Positions 18,501-25,020 are shown, counted from the stretch's first letter. The stretch is DNA of 34,490 nucleotides from a virus (IMGVR_UViG_3300007541_000084:1-34490), one strand, 5' to 3'. Notes: a model not told the origin generated them from the letters alone. Numbers and translations: made by a program.

Positions 18501-21500
18501 GAAGGCGCGCGGCTTCATCACCTTCTCCGACCGCCGCGACCGCTTCCAGATCACCCTGACCGGCAAGGCCAATTTCTCGACTTTCGTCCATGAGAGCGGT
18601 CACTTCTTCCTCGAAGTGATGCAGGATCTCGTGGCGCGGGGCGAAGCGCCCCAGCAGATCATCGATGACCTTGAGAAGATCCGGCAGTGGACCGGCGTCG
18701 AGGACGGCGGAAAGTTCGAAACCCGGCATCACGAGAAGTTCGCACGCGGCTTCGAAGCCTACCTCCGCGAGGGCCGCGCCCCTGACAGTTCCCTTCAGGA
18801 CATCTTCAACCGCTTCCGGGCGTGGCTCGTGTTCATCTACAAGAAGATGACCGCGCTCAACGTCGACCTCACGGACGAGGTCCGTGGCGTCTTCGACAGG
18901 CTCGTCGCTTCCGACGCTGCCATCGCCGAAGCCCGAACACAGCTCGGCTGGTCGAAGCCCTTGGCGCAGGAAGCCCTTGCCCTGACCGATGCGGAATACG
19001 CCCGGTACGTCGAAGCATGGCAGAAGGCCAGCGACGAGCAGTCGCGCGAGCTGGACGAGCGCATGATGCGCGAGGCCGCTGAAGTCCGCAAAGATCTTTG
19101 GCGTCAGGAGACCGAGCGCCGGGTGGGCGAGGAGATCGACGCCCTCAAGAAGACCCGTGGCTACAAGGCTTGGAAGGCTCTGTCCGAAGGCGAGGGTCTT
19201 GAGGATCTCGGGCGGACGGCCCTGAAGATCGACCCCGAGAGCGTACCCCCGGAGTGGCGGCGCGACACGGTCGGCCTGACACAGGAGGGCGGCTTGCCGC
19301 TGGAGGTGGTCGCCGAGCTGCTTGGGTTCAACTCCGGCGAGGCGATGCTCCAGCTCATCGGCGGTGCCAAGTTCGCGCTCCGCGACATCCCCATCCGCGT
19401 CAAGAAGGCGATGGAGACGGAACACGGCCACCTCGACGCCGCAGCGCTGGCGGATGCCGCCAACGAGGCGGTGATCAAGCCTGTGGGCGAGGTGCTGCTC
19501 TCCGAGTACCGGGCGCTGGCGTCCGCCGCCGGGATCAAGGCCGAGCCGGGCCTTGGCCAGTGGCTCGCGGCCACCGCCAAGCGGAAGGTGCAAGCTCTCA
19601 CACAGCGGCAGCTTGAGCCTAACCGCTGGCGCAGGGCTGAACTCAAGTCCGCTCAGGAAGCTGCCGCCGCTGCGGCGCGCGGCGACAAGCAGAAGGCGGC
19701 TCTGGCCAAGCGCCAGCAGCTCATGGCCGCTGCCATGTACCGGGCCACCATAGAAGCCCAGAAGCGCATCGACACGATCCAGAAGAAGCTGACCCCCTTC
19801 ACCAAGGACAAGCGCCGGGCGCAGCTCGGCAAGGCCGGAGACAGCTACCTCGACGCCATCGACGAGATCCTCGAAGGCATCTCCTTCAAGAACGTCACAG
19901 CCAAGTCTCTCCAGAAGCAGGACCGGCTCGCGGCCTTCCTGAAGGAAGCCGAGGAGAAGGATCTGCCGGTCAACATCCCTGACTATCTGACCAACGCTCT
20001 GGGCAAGCGCAACTACTCGACGATGACCCTCGAAGAGCTGGAAGGCGTTCACGACACCGTGATGAGCATCTGGCATCTGGCGAAGACCAAGAACGAGCTG
20101 CGCGCCCGTAAGGAGAAGCGCGATCTGGAGCAGGCCATCGCCGAGATGGAGGTCAACGCCGAGAAGGCTCTCGGCGATCCGAAGATCGTCGACAAGTTCG
20201 TCTACGGCTGGAAGGACAGGGCGTCAGCCCGCATGAAATGGGTTCGGGCTAACCTGACCAAGATGGAGTTCCTGTTCGGCTGGTTGGACGGCCAGCCCTC
20301 CGGCGGGCTCATGCACCGTTACATCTACCAGCCGCTCACCGACGCGAACAAAGCCAAGTTCGACATCCTGAAGCGCTTCAACACCACGATCATCCAGCAC
20401 ATGCGAAACCTTCCGGCAGAGCAGAAGGCGCGCTGGAACAGCAAGCGCATGCTCCTCGGGCGCGAGGCCAACGGCGCAACGATCATCGCGGCTGCGCTGA
20501 ACCTCGGCAACGAGGGTAACAAGACCAAGCTGCTCGCAGGCTACAGCCTCGACAACCCACAGGGCGAAGCCCGCCTGATGGCCGAGATCAACGCCTTCAT
20601 GCGGAAGGAAGACTGGGACTTCGTGCAGCACATCTGGGACGAGATCGATACCCTGTGGCCGAAGGTCGTGGAGACGACCAAGGCCGCCACCGGCCTCCCC
20701 CCGGAGAGGGTCGAAGCGGTTCCGGTCGTCACCCCCTTCGGCACTTACAAGGGCGGCTACTACCCGGTGGTCTATGACCCGAGCCGGTCGCAGCGGCAGT
20801 TCGAGAACCAGCAGAAGGACAAGGGCCTGTTCTCGACGAACTACCTCAAGCCCACGCTGGGCGACGGTTTCGTCAAGGCCCGCACCAAGTATTCCGCCCC
20901 GATCCTCCTCGATCTCCGGGTGATCTCGCAGCATCTCTCCGAGGTCGTTCACTACGTCACCCACTATGAGGCGGTGACACAGGCCGACAAGATCACCCGG
21001 CACCCTCGCTTCCAGCAGATCGTGAAGCAGCACATGGGCGACGAGTTCTACAACACGATCAGGCCGTGGCTCACCGACATCGCTCGCGATCAGGACACGC
21101 CTGCGGTGACGAAGACGGAGCCCTTTGCGGAGGCGATGCAGTATCTGCGCGGCGGCATGTCCATCGGCGCGATGGGCTACAACATCTTCACGGGTGTGAA
21201 GCAGCTCCTCGGCGTGACGTCCACGCTCGACGCGGTGAAGACCAAGTACTGGATCTCCGGCCTCGTGAAGGCATGGATGTCGCCGAACGCCGTCGCCAAC
21301 TGGAAGGAGGCGTTCGCGAAGAGCAAGGAGCTGGAGCCCTTGATCAGCCAGTTCGACCGCGACATCAAGATGGTCAACGACACCTACGCGAAGCAGGGCA
21401 TCCGCAACACCTTCGACAAGTTCAACGCGCTCGCCTTCGCCCACATTGGGTGGTTGCAGGCGACGGTCAACGTCGCGAGCTGGCACGGTGCCTATGAGCA

Positions 21501-22158
21501 GGCGCTGGCGGAAGGCGCTACGGATGAGGCGGCAGTCGACCGTGCTGACGCGGTCGTCCGCATGACCCAGTCTGCTGGCGCGGTGAAGGATCTCTCGCCG
21601 ATCCAGAGAGGGACGGAGATCAACCGCAACATCTCGATGTTCTACTCGTGGTTCAATGTCCTCTACAACCGGCTCGAAGACATCGCGCGCCAGACGAAGG
21701 GTGTGCGGGATCTGCCCCGCGCGGCAAAGCGCATCGGCGTTCTTGTGATGATGTCAGCGTTGATCGAAGAAAGCTTGAGCCGCGCTTACGAAGAGATCTT
21801 CGACAACGTCGAGGATGACGAGGAAGAGAAGGGCTTCATCCTGACCGTGCTGATGAAGAGCGCGGACACGATGCTCGCCGCCATTCCTCTGGCCCGCGCG
21901 TTCGTCTCTGTGGAGGCGGCAGCGGGGGGCCTCAAGCCCGAGATCTCGCCTGTCATTCGAGTACCGGCGGATTTCTGGCGGACGTTCGAGGCGGCGAAGG
22001 ATCTCGTTTTCGAGCAGGAAGCCCCATCGCGGAGCGAGGTGAAGACGGCAGTGCGAACTGTGTCTGTCCTCACCCACGTTCCGGTGAGTGGCCTCTACAA
22101 TCTGTTCGACGAGTATTTCGGCGAAGAGATCTTCGACGAGAAGCGCAAGGCGCGCTGA
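12562..22158 (+). CDS. Giant polyvalent ejection/DNA-transfer protein (~3198 aa)
   Basis: ATG overlaps the previous TGA. It contains a Gly-rich membrane segment, two ART-PolyVal-like domains, a HhH-glycosylase-like domain, a GNAT-like domain, an HDxxGH domain, a HESGH zincin and a long helical C-terminus. Confidence 0.88.
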   Translation: MNDFSIASSWGKPEEETDTFSIGNSWREEEDRQKKIQQKIVERQVWDRDPKRAAEALSLANERGIPPSVMYRKLDEFKRPPQIDYDKMRREAPGLAGLMSSTSYLPILQADADNLSWVERNWGEFNKRVDSAFESSELGRLGYKWAQGTATEEEKQRVRELQRLQASRPDYDVAWYDPGYLLGIVGQAAVSTGGTAIRALDEAALGAGTGLVTGATIGGAGGTVVAPGFGTGVGVVGGGIVGALSGASTGLSVGIIKETYEEQYGLTFLNMVTALDENGDPIDEDTARFVATGVGAANAVLERVSFGVLTKSFPGVRDFLSKGTSKILLENPAVRSKLKRIGQIVEAGAAEGSTELAQSVIELESMLAAGAVLDEQGNPLKEQRAQYPTAFIEGAIGGSGLALGGQAVQATVQSVTERRRAKAEARQQTLIELGDKIRGSKVTTLSPEALAEHAKVMDENTPSQMTAPVEAVVKLFQEEGFTPEQIEQRFPGITVSLNEAQSGNAEVKLSAADVVKMAQLKGYNEFTGDVRIGNTPTANEAKAGEAEFQQMIDTVPVDDQRQAVEASIQNEITQQLVAAGQENRAAQTQAKLFTSTLSNLAQRAGLDVNELYRRYNLSIGGEQEGQAVGGVKLEQDTPEFRNWFLDSKVVDETGAPQVMYRGSLDDIGETASRDGVIYFSKDPNVAAGGERGFITDEVAQAAGINPADIEQPSGLRVVPAYLSIQNPATLADVQRLAPNAKTVREAMPALKAAGFDGYISDYETAVFDPRQIKSVNNRGTFDPNNPNILMQSGVPLFENPLPIEGKATINKVGQALTDRHQDIYGRKLDPSTSAEDYNQVRDDMIEEINFQLQQRNSGVGWYSADVELAIRLLSVVFPSLRDNVAHRQLLLMYAAVFSSGNDPDKALQISTEAFETFLKTGETPVVRADAARARGVDPQMTTFKDKSGKEVTKEAGWTQRSETNEQQLAFIRYIIEREGSLEAGMNWLLNEQPREEINRAMTESGLYQGGRFKTRAEIAGPPERGVLAFGPKLGRYAMGLQGVEIDEGDVTIDLWYIRTYRRLIGGLLDGPLDPKTSIVGQPNDTDREVIRRLTGDLVAHFADRGYTVGDVQAVLWFYEKRLWAAHGLRLDEGTNSTGAKRFLEERGYYVGSKIGEAYDREGGTAAAGVLGGQEPERLIGRQRSARRFVSRRLGWSGDEGVRLYGRRGNSNDRKVRGIVNYYVPNTALVDDLTYSGYAVIPEIEELDPKRTPDFRKAISDARAASEFGAAVHVYKEEEYRNMRLFLTPDKKAGFAVKPDGDIVSVFSDGGGKTAALLSLAVEMGGTKLDAFNTVLPKIYAISGFKEVGRDAWNEEYKDPDWDYETFKAFNDGRPDIVYMVYDAAYDPYAEEVTNVRDDQTRTLFQGVEPERAGDGRGRYSAGSLAPLEGAPTVAGASGPDLNLVAVAEQYARDNGINLKRQGSYVEVDEDRARRIAAAYEAMEHAPQDPVVKEAYANLIVQTKAQYDALVAAGYSFTFYDDATDPYDGNPWNAMRDLRQNKRMAVYGTYAGFGTEGVTGAEINDNPMLVDTGLRWQDQTGAERVVTANDLFRAVHDAFGHGLEGAGFRARGEENAWQAHIRLYTGSAVAAVSTGTRGQNSWLNYGPYGESNKTAKVEDTVFARQKIGLLPSWVWEEGRAADEAPETGPQSLERLYQNAVDAIANADLITNTPEFRRWFGKSVVVDDNGKPLIVYHGSEKAGFTVFETDGGSAKTKGTGAFFSNKLSNAMTYSGKHTIVNFPTKEDALANPGRYGFTVEEGDDGKPYIIDADGYQTELNDGETVDQAMVRAVDDWLNSERLAGPEQANVPVFLRMEKPLIIDANGANWSSIGATPVFEILDAEGNVIGSAPEEDLWEYGEGATLGNQDGFLEDGQTTDQIVREARQSGEYDGVIIRNVVDEGQYGWYGDPSDVYVVFYKNQIKSVQNQGTFSNDDPNILKQKARGFITFSDRRDRFQITLTGKANFSTFVHESGHFFLEVMQDLVARGEAPQQIIDDLEKIRQWTGVEDGGKFETRHHEKFARGFEAYLREGRAPDSSLQDIFNRFRAWLVFIYKKMTALNVDLTDEVRGVFDRLVASDAAIAEARTQLGWSKPLAQEALALTDAEYARYVEAWQKASDEQSRELDERMMREAAEVRKDLWRQETERRVGEEIDALKKTRGYKAWKALSEGEGLEDLGRTALKIDPESVPPEWRRDTVGLTQEGGLPLEVVAELLGFNSGEAMLQLIGGAKFALRDIPIRVKKAMETEHGHLDAAALADAANEAVIKPVGEVLLSEYRALASAAGIKAEPGLGQWLAATAKRKVQALTQRQLEPNRWRRAELKSAQEAAAAAARGDKQKAALAKRQQLMAAAMYRATIEAQKRIDTIQKKLTPFTKDKRRAQLGKAGDSYLDAIDEILEGISFKNVTAKSLQKQDRLAAFLKEAEEKDLPVNIPDYLTNALGKRNYSTMTLEELEGVHDTVMSIWHLAKTKNELRARKEKRDLEQAIAEMEVNAEKALGDPKIVDKFVYGWKDRASARMKWVRANLTKMEFLFGWLDGQPSGGLMHRYIYQPLTDANKAKFDILKRFNTTIIQHMRNLPAEQKARWNSKRMLLGREANGATIIAAALNLGNEGNKTKLLAGYSLDNPQGEARLMAEINAFMRKEDWDFVQHIWDEIDTLWPKVVETTKAATGLPPERVEAVPVVTPFGTYKGGYYPVVYDPSRSQRQFENQQKDKGLFSTNYLKPTLGDGFVKARTKYSAPILLDLRVISQHLSEVVHYVTHYEAVTQADKITRHPRFQQIVKQHMGDEFYNTIRPWLTDIARDQDTPAVTKTEPFAEAMQYLRGGMSIGAMGYNIFTGVKQLLGVTSTLDAVKTKYWISGLVKAWMSPNAVANWKEAFAKSKELEPLISQFDRDIKMVNDTYAKQGIRNTFDKFNALAFAHIGWLQATVNVASWHGAYEQALAEGATDEAAVDRADAVVRMTQSAGAVKDLSPIQRGTEINRNISMFYSWFNVLYNRLEDIARQTKGVRDLPRAAKRIGVLVMMSALIEESLSRAYEEIFDNVEDDEEEKGFILTVLMKSADTMLAAIPLARAFVSVEAAAGGLKPEISPVIRVPADFWRTFEAAKDLVFEQEAPSRSEVKTAVRTVSVLTHVPVSGLYNLFDEYFGEEIFDEKRKAR
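15854..15882 (+). promoter_or_regulatory. Putative internal sigma70 promoter inside the giant gene
   Basis: TTGCCC-N17-TATACT, with a GCTATA context typical of alphaproteobacterial RpoD promoters, about 125 nt upstream of nested ORF 16007. Confidence 0.6.
16007..16216 (+). CDS. Nested +1-frame ORF A (69 aa, MSDQKSEKPM...YGFTEEEAIRMIEKFGG)
   Basis: RBS GAAAGAGGA precedes the ATG. The composition is protein-like, and the main frame here turns into an R/G-rich linker. Confidence 0.65.
   Translation: MSDQKSEKPMTVKEAQQRLASLAAKNPNGLSDGKDPPVVSYPGGLVGAVMKEYGFTEEEAIRMIEKFGG
16742..16963 (+). CDS. Nested +1-frame ORF B (73 aa, MSETIKPAPSSK...IRQEALRRLKVRQL)
   Basis: RBS GAAGAGGT precedes the ATG. 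Same frame offset as ORF A, located at an inter-domain linker. The Ser/Thr-rich tail may be non-functional. Confidence 0.5.
   Translation: MSETIKPAPSSKAWNPNAPETEEDGIRQEALRRLKVRQLSQGLLAPTSTSSPLQSNTPATTASTSSAKAPMSK
17605..17626. other. Intragenic GNRA hairpin at a domain boundary
   Basis: gaggccccg-GAGA-cggggcctc forms a perfect 9-bp stem, with no clear U-tract. Confidence 0.55.
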
Positions 22159-22185
22159 GTTCTGCCCAACATCAACGAGGTTTGT

Positions 22186-22302
22186 ATGGCAACCAAGAAA
22201 GGTGAGGCCAGTGCGAAGCCGTATCGGAAAGTGACCAAGCGGCGAAACAAGCCGTTGCACCTCCGATACCGGAAGAAGCTCGGCCCGAAGGATAGCCCAT
22301 GA
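22186..22302 (+). CDS. 38-aa cationic peptide (MATKKGEASAKPYRKVTKRRNKPLHLRYRKKLGPKDSP)
   Basis: Not in the ORF track. RBS GAGGT, and its stop overlaps the endolysin ATG (ATGA). Confidence 0.7.
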   Translation: MATKKGEASAKPYRKVTKRRNKPLHLRYRKKLGPKDSP

Positions 22303-22727
22303 CACTGTCTGCATCATCGCTCGCCCGGCTCAAGGGCGTTCACCCGGATCTCGTGCGCGTCATCAAGCGCGCCGCGTCATCTTCAAAGCTCCCCTTCGCT
22401 GTTGTCGAAGGGCTCCGCACGATGGAGCGGCAGAAATATCTCAAGAAGATCGGCGCGACGAAGATCCTCAATTCTCGCCACATCACCGGTCACGCGGTGG
22501 ACATCGCGCCTCTCGTCGATGGCAAGATCCGGTGGGACTGGAGTTTGTACCTCATTCTGGCTGGCGTCGTCAGAGACGCTGCCGTGAAAGAAAATGTGCC
22601 GATCCGGTGGGGCGGCACATGGGGGTTGATCAACCCCGTCAAGGGCGCGTTCACATCGAAGATGCTGTCGCGCTCATTCCCTGATGGGCCTCACTTCGAG
22701 CTGCCCCGCAAGAAACCCTACCTCTAA
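22299..22727 (+). CDS. Endolysin, M15-family peptidase (L-Ala-D-Glu type)
   Basis: Motifs L.GVHPDL, EGLRT.ERQ, SRHITGHAVD, IRWGG.W and DGPHFEL. Confidence 0.92.
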   Translation: MTLSASSLARLKGVHPDLVRVIKRAASSSKLPFAVVEGLRTMERQKYLKKIGATKILNSRHITGHAVDIAPLVDGKIRWDWSLYLILAGVVRDAAVKENVPIRWGGTWGLINPVKGAFTSKMLSRSFPDGPHFELPRKKPYL

Positions 22728-22738
22728 GGAGAACGTAT

Positions 22739-22912
22739 ATGTTCACGTCTATCGACAAGGCGCTTGTCGCGCTCATCATGGGCCTGCTCTTCATCGTGCA
22801 GACCTACACCGGCTTCAGCACGTCGTGGATCCCGCAGGAGACCGTGGCCACCATCGTCGGCCTGATTACGCCGGTTCTTGTCTGGGCGATCCCCAACAAG
22901 AAGCCCGCCTGA
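22739..22912 (+). CDS. Putative holin, 57 aa with two TM segments
   Basis: Not in the ORF track. RBS TAAGGAG. Sequence MFTSIDKALVALIMGLLFIV...VATIVGLITPVLVWAIPNKKPA. Confidence 0.8.
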   Translation: MFTSIDKALVALIMGLLFIVQTYTGFSTSWIPQETVATIVGLITPVLVWAIPNKKPA

Positions 22913-22913
22913 G

Positions 22914-23168
22914 ATGAGCTGGCAGGAGGGCGTTGCTGTTCTGGTGATTGTCGCGGGCCTTGGTGCTGGCGCTTTCCTAGTGGCCCAGCGCCCTTCCTTC
23001 TGGATAGAGTTCGGCGCGCGGCTGATCAAGGCGCTCATGCCGCGCGTCATTGCCTACATGACACGTCGCATGCCGGAGAGCGAGGAAGCTGAATGGCATC
23101 GCGCGGTGAGGCAGGGACGCGGTGACGAATGGCTTCGTGAGAGATGGCGCAAGCGAAGGAAGAAGTGA
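22914..23168 (+). CDS. Membrane protein of the lysis cassette (84 aa, N-terminal TM, basic tail)
   Basis: ATG immediately follows the holin stop. Hydrophobic N-terminus and RERWRKRRKK end. Confidence 0.72.
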   Translation: MSWQEGVAVLVIVAGLGAGAFLVAQRPSFWIEFGARLIKALMPRVIAYMTRRMPESEEAEWHRAVRQGRGDEWLRERWRKRRKK

Positions 23169-23177
23169 GGAGTTCGA

Positions 23178-24227
23178 ATGGCAGGACCGCGCATCACAGA
23201 TGAGCAGTGTCTGGAGCGTCACCGCGCATTCAAGAAATACGGTTCGGTGAAGGCCGCCTCGGAAGCGATTGGCATTGGCCGTCAAGCTGTACAGCTCGGC
23301 GTCGAGCAGGCGAGGCTCCGGGGTCTGGTCAAGAATGGGGACGTGCTGGAGTTCCCCGATCTCCCAAGCGGCGACCTTCCAATCGACAAGATCATCGGTC
23401 TCATGGAGGAGCGCAGCACGAAGCGCCGGGTTTCCTTCGACGCCCACACATGGTTCCCGGTCAAGGTAAAGGAGGCCAAGCCCATTGGCATCCTCTGGAT
23501 GGGCGACCCCCACGTCGACGATGACGGCTGCGACTGGGCACTGCTCAAGCGGCACATCGAATGCTGCAAGCAGCCCGGCATGTACGGCGCGAACATCGGC
23601 GACACCACCAACGCATGGGCCGGTCGGCTCATCAAGAAATACGCCGATCAGGAGACGAGCGCGAAGACCGCCCGCAGGCTGGCCGAGTTCCTGATGCTCG
23701 ACGCTGGTATCCGGTGGCTCGTGTGGCTCCTTGGCAATCACGATCTATGGGGCGACGGTGCCGAGATCCTCGCACAGATGGCCAAGCGCCATGGCACCCA
23801 GAAGCTCGTGATGCACGACTGGGAAGCCCGGTTTTCGCTTAATTTTCCTAACGGAGCAAAAGTGAACGTCTGGGCCGCACATGATCTCCCCGGTGACAGC
23901 CAGTGGAACCCCTTGCACGGGCCGGTAAAGGCCGCGCGTTTCGGCCCCGAAGTAGATCTCCTCGTTGTAGGGCACCGTCATAATTGGGGTATCGCACAGT
24001 GGGAGTTGGCGGATAAAGGAACTATTCCAGTTATGATCCGCACTAGGGGCTATAAATTTAATGACGACTACGCCCGGCGCATCGGTAAGTCTGATCAAAA
24101 CGGCGGTGCATCTATTCTCACCATAGTCAACCCGCTCTCGGCGACGCGCGAGGGGCGTATCATGCCCTTCGCCGACATCGAGGCTGGCACGGAGTTCCTG
24201 CAATGGCTGCGATCCCGAGACGCCTGA
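23178..24227 (+). CDS. Calcineurin-like metallophosphoesterase with N-terminal HTH
   Basis: Motifs GDPH, GD, GNHD, H and GHRH, plus HTH-like GSVKAASEAIGIGRQAV. RBS GAGGAG. Confidence 0.88.
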   Translation: MAGPRITDEQCLERHRAFKKYGSVKAASEAIGIGRQAVQLGVEQARLRGLVKNGDVLEFPDLPSGDLPIDKIIGLMEERSTKRRVSFDAHTWFPVKVKEAKPIGILWMGDPHVDDDGCDWALLKRHIECCKQPGMYGANIGDTTNAWAGRLIKKYADQETSAKTARRLAEFLMLDAGIRWLVWLLGNHDLWGDGAEILAQMAKRHGTQKLVMHDWEARFSLNFPNGAKVNVWAAHDLPGDSQWNPLHGPVKAARFGPEVDLLVVGHRHNWGIAQWELADKGTIPVMIRTRGYKFNDDYARRIGKSDQNGGASILTIVNPLSATREGRIMPFADIEAGTEFLQWLRSRDA

Positions 24228-24460
24228 AGCCCGTGATGGTCGAGTGGCAGGACATCCTCGACGGCGGGGGTGAGTGGCACGATGGGGTCATTGCCCCGGT
24301 GCTTGTGAGAACGACGGGCTTCCTGCTCGCACAGAACAAGAAGCACGTCGTGCTGGTTCGTGATTACTATGACCTCGACGGGAAGCGGACGCTCGGCGGT
24401 CAGCTCGCCATTCCCTTGGGGTGTATCAAGCGAATGGTCGAGCTGGTGCCGAAGCCCTAG
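24203..24460 (+). CDS. Small beta-barrel-like conserved phage protein
   Basis: VEWQDI...TTGFLL...VVL...IP.GCI pattern, which is common in phages. Confidence 0.75.
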   Translation: MAAIPRRLKPVMVEWQDILDGGGEWHDGVIAPVLVRTTGFLLAQNKKHVVLVRDYYDLDGKRTLGGQLAIPLGCIKRMVELVPKP

Positions 24461-24960
24461 CCGTTGACCTTCCTGACGTACTGCTGGACCCGCGCCGGGA
24501 GGCGCTTCCAGCGCAGGGCCCCCGGCCCGCCGTTGTAGCAGGCCGCTGCCCGGCGGTGGTTCCCGCCAGCGGCCCGGTAGCAGTACCGGAGATAGGCCAT
24601 GCCAGCGTCGATCTGGCGGGCGCAGGAAGCCCCTGCGATGTTCCGGTAGCCCATGTGCCGGGCGGTCGACGGAAGCACCTGTAGCGGCCCCCTTTCCCCG
24701 GCACGGCCTACGGCATTGCAGCGGTGTCCGCTCTCCACCTTCGAGATCCGCAGAGCGAGACCCGGCGGCACCCCGTGACGGGCGGCGGATTGCTGCACCA
24801 TGCGCGGCACATCAGCGTGTGCGGCGGGAGGGGAAAGCACCGGAAAAGCCAGAGCAAAAACAATAGGGCAGATCAGGTGGGAGGGGAAACGCAAGCCCTT
24901 GAAAAGACGCGGTTGTGAGACAACCGCAGGGAGCGCCATGTTCTTCTGTTCTGTTTTCAT
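24457..24960 (-). CDS. Secreted lytic transglycosylase (SLT domain, signal peptide)
   Basis: Motifs KVESG, GERGPLQVLPSTA, AGMAYL, YNGG and YVRKV. A hydrophobic segment ends in AHA-D. The start is uncertain (24960 or 24939). Confidence 0.85.
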   Translation of the reverse strand: MKTEQKNMALPAVVSQPRLFKGLRFPSHLICPIVFALAFPVLSPPAAHADVPRMVQQSAARHGVPPGLALRISKVESGHRCNAVGRAGERGPLQVLPSTARHMGYRNIAGASCARQIDAGMAYLRYCYRAAGGNHRRAAACYNGGPGALRWKRLPARVQQYVRKVNG

Positions 24961-25020
24961 TCCATTGATTTCCTTACGTTTTTAGGGTGGGAGGGGAAAA
25001 CGGAAGTCAGGGAGGGGAAA
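24826..25020. repeat. Putative attP: four direct GGGAGGGGAAA arm-type repeats around a tRNA-3'-end-like core
   Basis: The 11-mer occurs at 24826, 24879, 24989 and 25010. Core AGGGAGCGCCA lies at 24928-24938. IHF-like sites TTTCAAGGGCTTG and AATCAATGGAATG are on the minus strand. The region is directly downstream of the integrase. Confidence 0.78.
24901..24927 (-). terminator. Possible terminator/hairpin next to the att core
   Basis: 8-bp stem gcggttgt/acaaccgc at 24909-24927, followed on the minus strand by GTCTTTTC. Confidence 0.55.

Noticed and set aside
13648-21486. Long antisense ORFs opposite the giant gene (13648-15939, 17632-20076, 20224-21486)
   Set aside because: These are shadow frames expected from GC-rich codon bias. 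They are rich in L/V/D/H, have no motifs and show no evident RBS.
22158-22300. BPP-1-type diversity-generating retroelement
   Set aside because: No reverse transcriptase, no TR/VR repeat pair and no mtd-like gene was seen in the window.
24905-24940. Complete tRNA gene
   Set aside because: Only an acceptor-end-like 11-mer is present, with no T-arm, anticodon arm or D-arm.
24826-25020. GGGAGGGGAAA repeats as a mini-CRISPR or G-quadruplex array
   Set aside because: They are only 11 bp with irregular spacing. Their position beside the integrase and around a core fits arm-type sites better.
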